Assembly: GCF_963921235.1 (NCBI RefSeq)
Contig: NC_086097.1
Location: forward strand, 203,610,001-203,674,000
DNA from: Mobula hypostoma
Lineage: Eukaryota
Reading direction: 5' to 3'
DNA length: 64,000 nucleotides
Below are positions 62,407 through 64,000 of the stretch, one piece after another. The position numbers and the translations under genes were made by a program. Within the stretch, counting starts at the first letter, position 1, and every line of letters begins with the position of its first letter. Under the pieces are notes generated by a model, which saw nothing but the letters and a program-made list of their open reading frames with translations, was not told where the DNA came from and did no database searches.

Positions 62407-64000
62407 ACTGACATTTTGAATTCAAACTAAACACCATTTTCATCCCTGCAAAGATGTTCGATAGTAACTATCTGAGTTTTCAACAGTTCAGATTTAATGA
62501 TCTCCTTATGTTCCCTTCTTCTGAAAATATAATGTTTCATGCTGCAATTTCTATAATGAATAGGATGAAAATTAAATTTATGGTTCTTTTATATCATGGT
62601 GTAAGCTATTTGTGACACTTTGAATTGCTTTTTTGACTGTTAAAGGAACATAGATGATAGAGCACTAAGCACATTTTATGAACCACGATAAATTACTTAG
62701 TCAATAACTTTAAAACACTTGTTTCACTATTCTAGATATTACCTTTCCTGTGATATTTCCATACTTCCTTTACAGGAATTTGGTTCAACAATGCATAATT
62801 AACATCTTAATTGGACTTTCCACTGAACATATCTGATGCATTTATTTCCAAAATATTTATGCCTACAAGTAGAGTACATAATTATATAAATGCTTCTTTC
62901 CATCCACGTTTTGCTGCAACATTTTTACTGCTTTAATCTTAGAGAATTTTTTGGATTGCTTTCAGCACAATCTTTCAGCCTCTTTATCTTCTATAAACAG
63001 TGGCTTGGAAATTAAATTCCATTTCATAATGTCCCATGCAACGCAAGCTAACCTCTACTGTACTCTTCGTAATACCTGTAAGTGGTGCTTTAAGTGTCCT
63101 TCCTGCTTCATAAATCTGCCAATAAGGTTCAATTGAATACAAGACTTGAGATAGTAAGGTTAATTGCAGAGAACTTCCCTAACAACTTAACCAACGTACA
63201 GTACCTAGTACAACCATAAGCCCTTCTCTTACCTCTTTCATCTTGCTTTTTCCCTTTTTCACCCTTCATCTGTCACTCTGACTGAGGCATTAGTTACAAT
63301 ATTACAGTTGAGCTTAGTGCTGATCAAGAAGTAGAAAACAGCATTACCTTAGGTGGCAAATCAGTTCCATAGTTGTTACAGAGAATAGATTGTCATATCC
63401 TTTACATTAGACTCATGACTCTTGTAGTCTAAATTATCTGGACATTTGATAACTACATATTGCTTTAGAAGTGGAAGTTTCTAACATGATTCATCAGTGA
63501 AACTGTTATCAGGAGGAACCATCATTGAAAGCCAGGAAAGATATAAAAGCTCTGCTAAACAATGGACTAATATTCTCTCCTTGTCTCCAGTGCCATTTTT
63601 CCAATCCTGACTTTCAAAGGAATATTATTACTTTAACACTTTGCACATTTGGAATATATTTATTGTTTTGTCAAGCAAAGCATTACTAATACACTTAGAA
63701 TGTTGCTACAAATGGCAAATAGAGTATTTTTTATTATTACAATGAACTAAATATTACAAAGTAGTTAAGAAAAATGAACTTTAGCTTCGCTTAAACTATA
63801 GCCTTTGAACCTTTGATGCCACAGGGCTTTAGTATTTACATCACCCTCTACTGAACAAATTGAACTGGCTCCTGTGGTTTTTACCCTCAGGATCCTACAT
63901 TAAATACTTGCAGGGTAAGTAGATCATAACTAAATGGTGATTAAAATCTCTCCAGTTCTGATTTAAAATGAAACTAAGCCTCAATGCACAACTTCTTCAT

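Overview
A 64-kb stretch of eukaryotic, transposon-dense intronic or intergenic DNA. The repeat set (CR1 and Rex1-type LINEs, V-SINEs, a DeuSINE, Penelope-like elements, Gypsy LTR elements) points to a cartilaginous fish, probably a ray; this is inference. I found no host protein-coding gene I can name, and nearly all long ORFs are transposon-derived or antisense shadows of them. The main points are: (1) short Penelope-derived elements carrying a minimal type-I hammerhead ribozyme, two of which are ~200-bp foldback units with 11-14-bp target-site duplications; (2) an old, highly degenerate 29-bp tandem array spread over ~0.87-8.35 kb and split by nested insertions; (3) a young, internally deleted Gmr1-like LTR element (SCAN-like Gag, integrase remnant before RT remnant, 4-bp TSD); (4) a Gypsy element whose LTR-remnant/PBS/PNMA-like gag is inverted relative to its pol and 3' LTR; (5) several nested or chimeric LINE insertions. 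Coordinates of degraded repeats are approximate, and identities were judged by eye.
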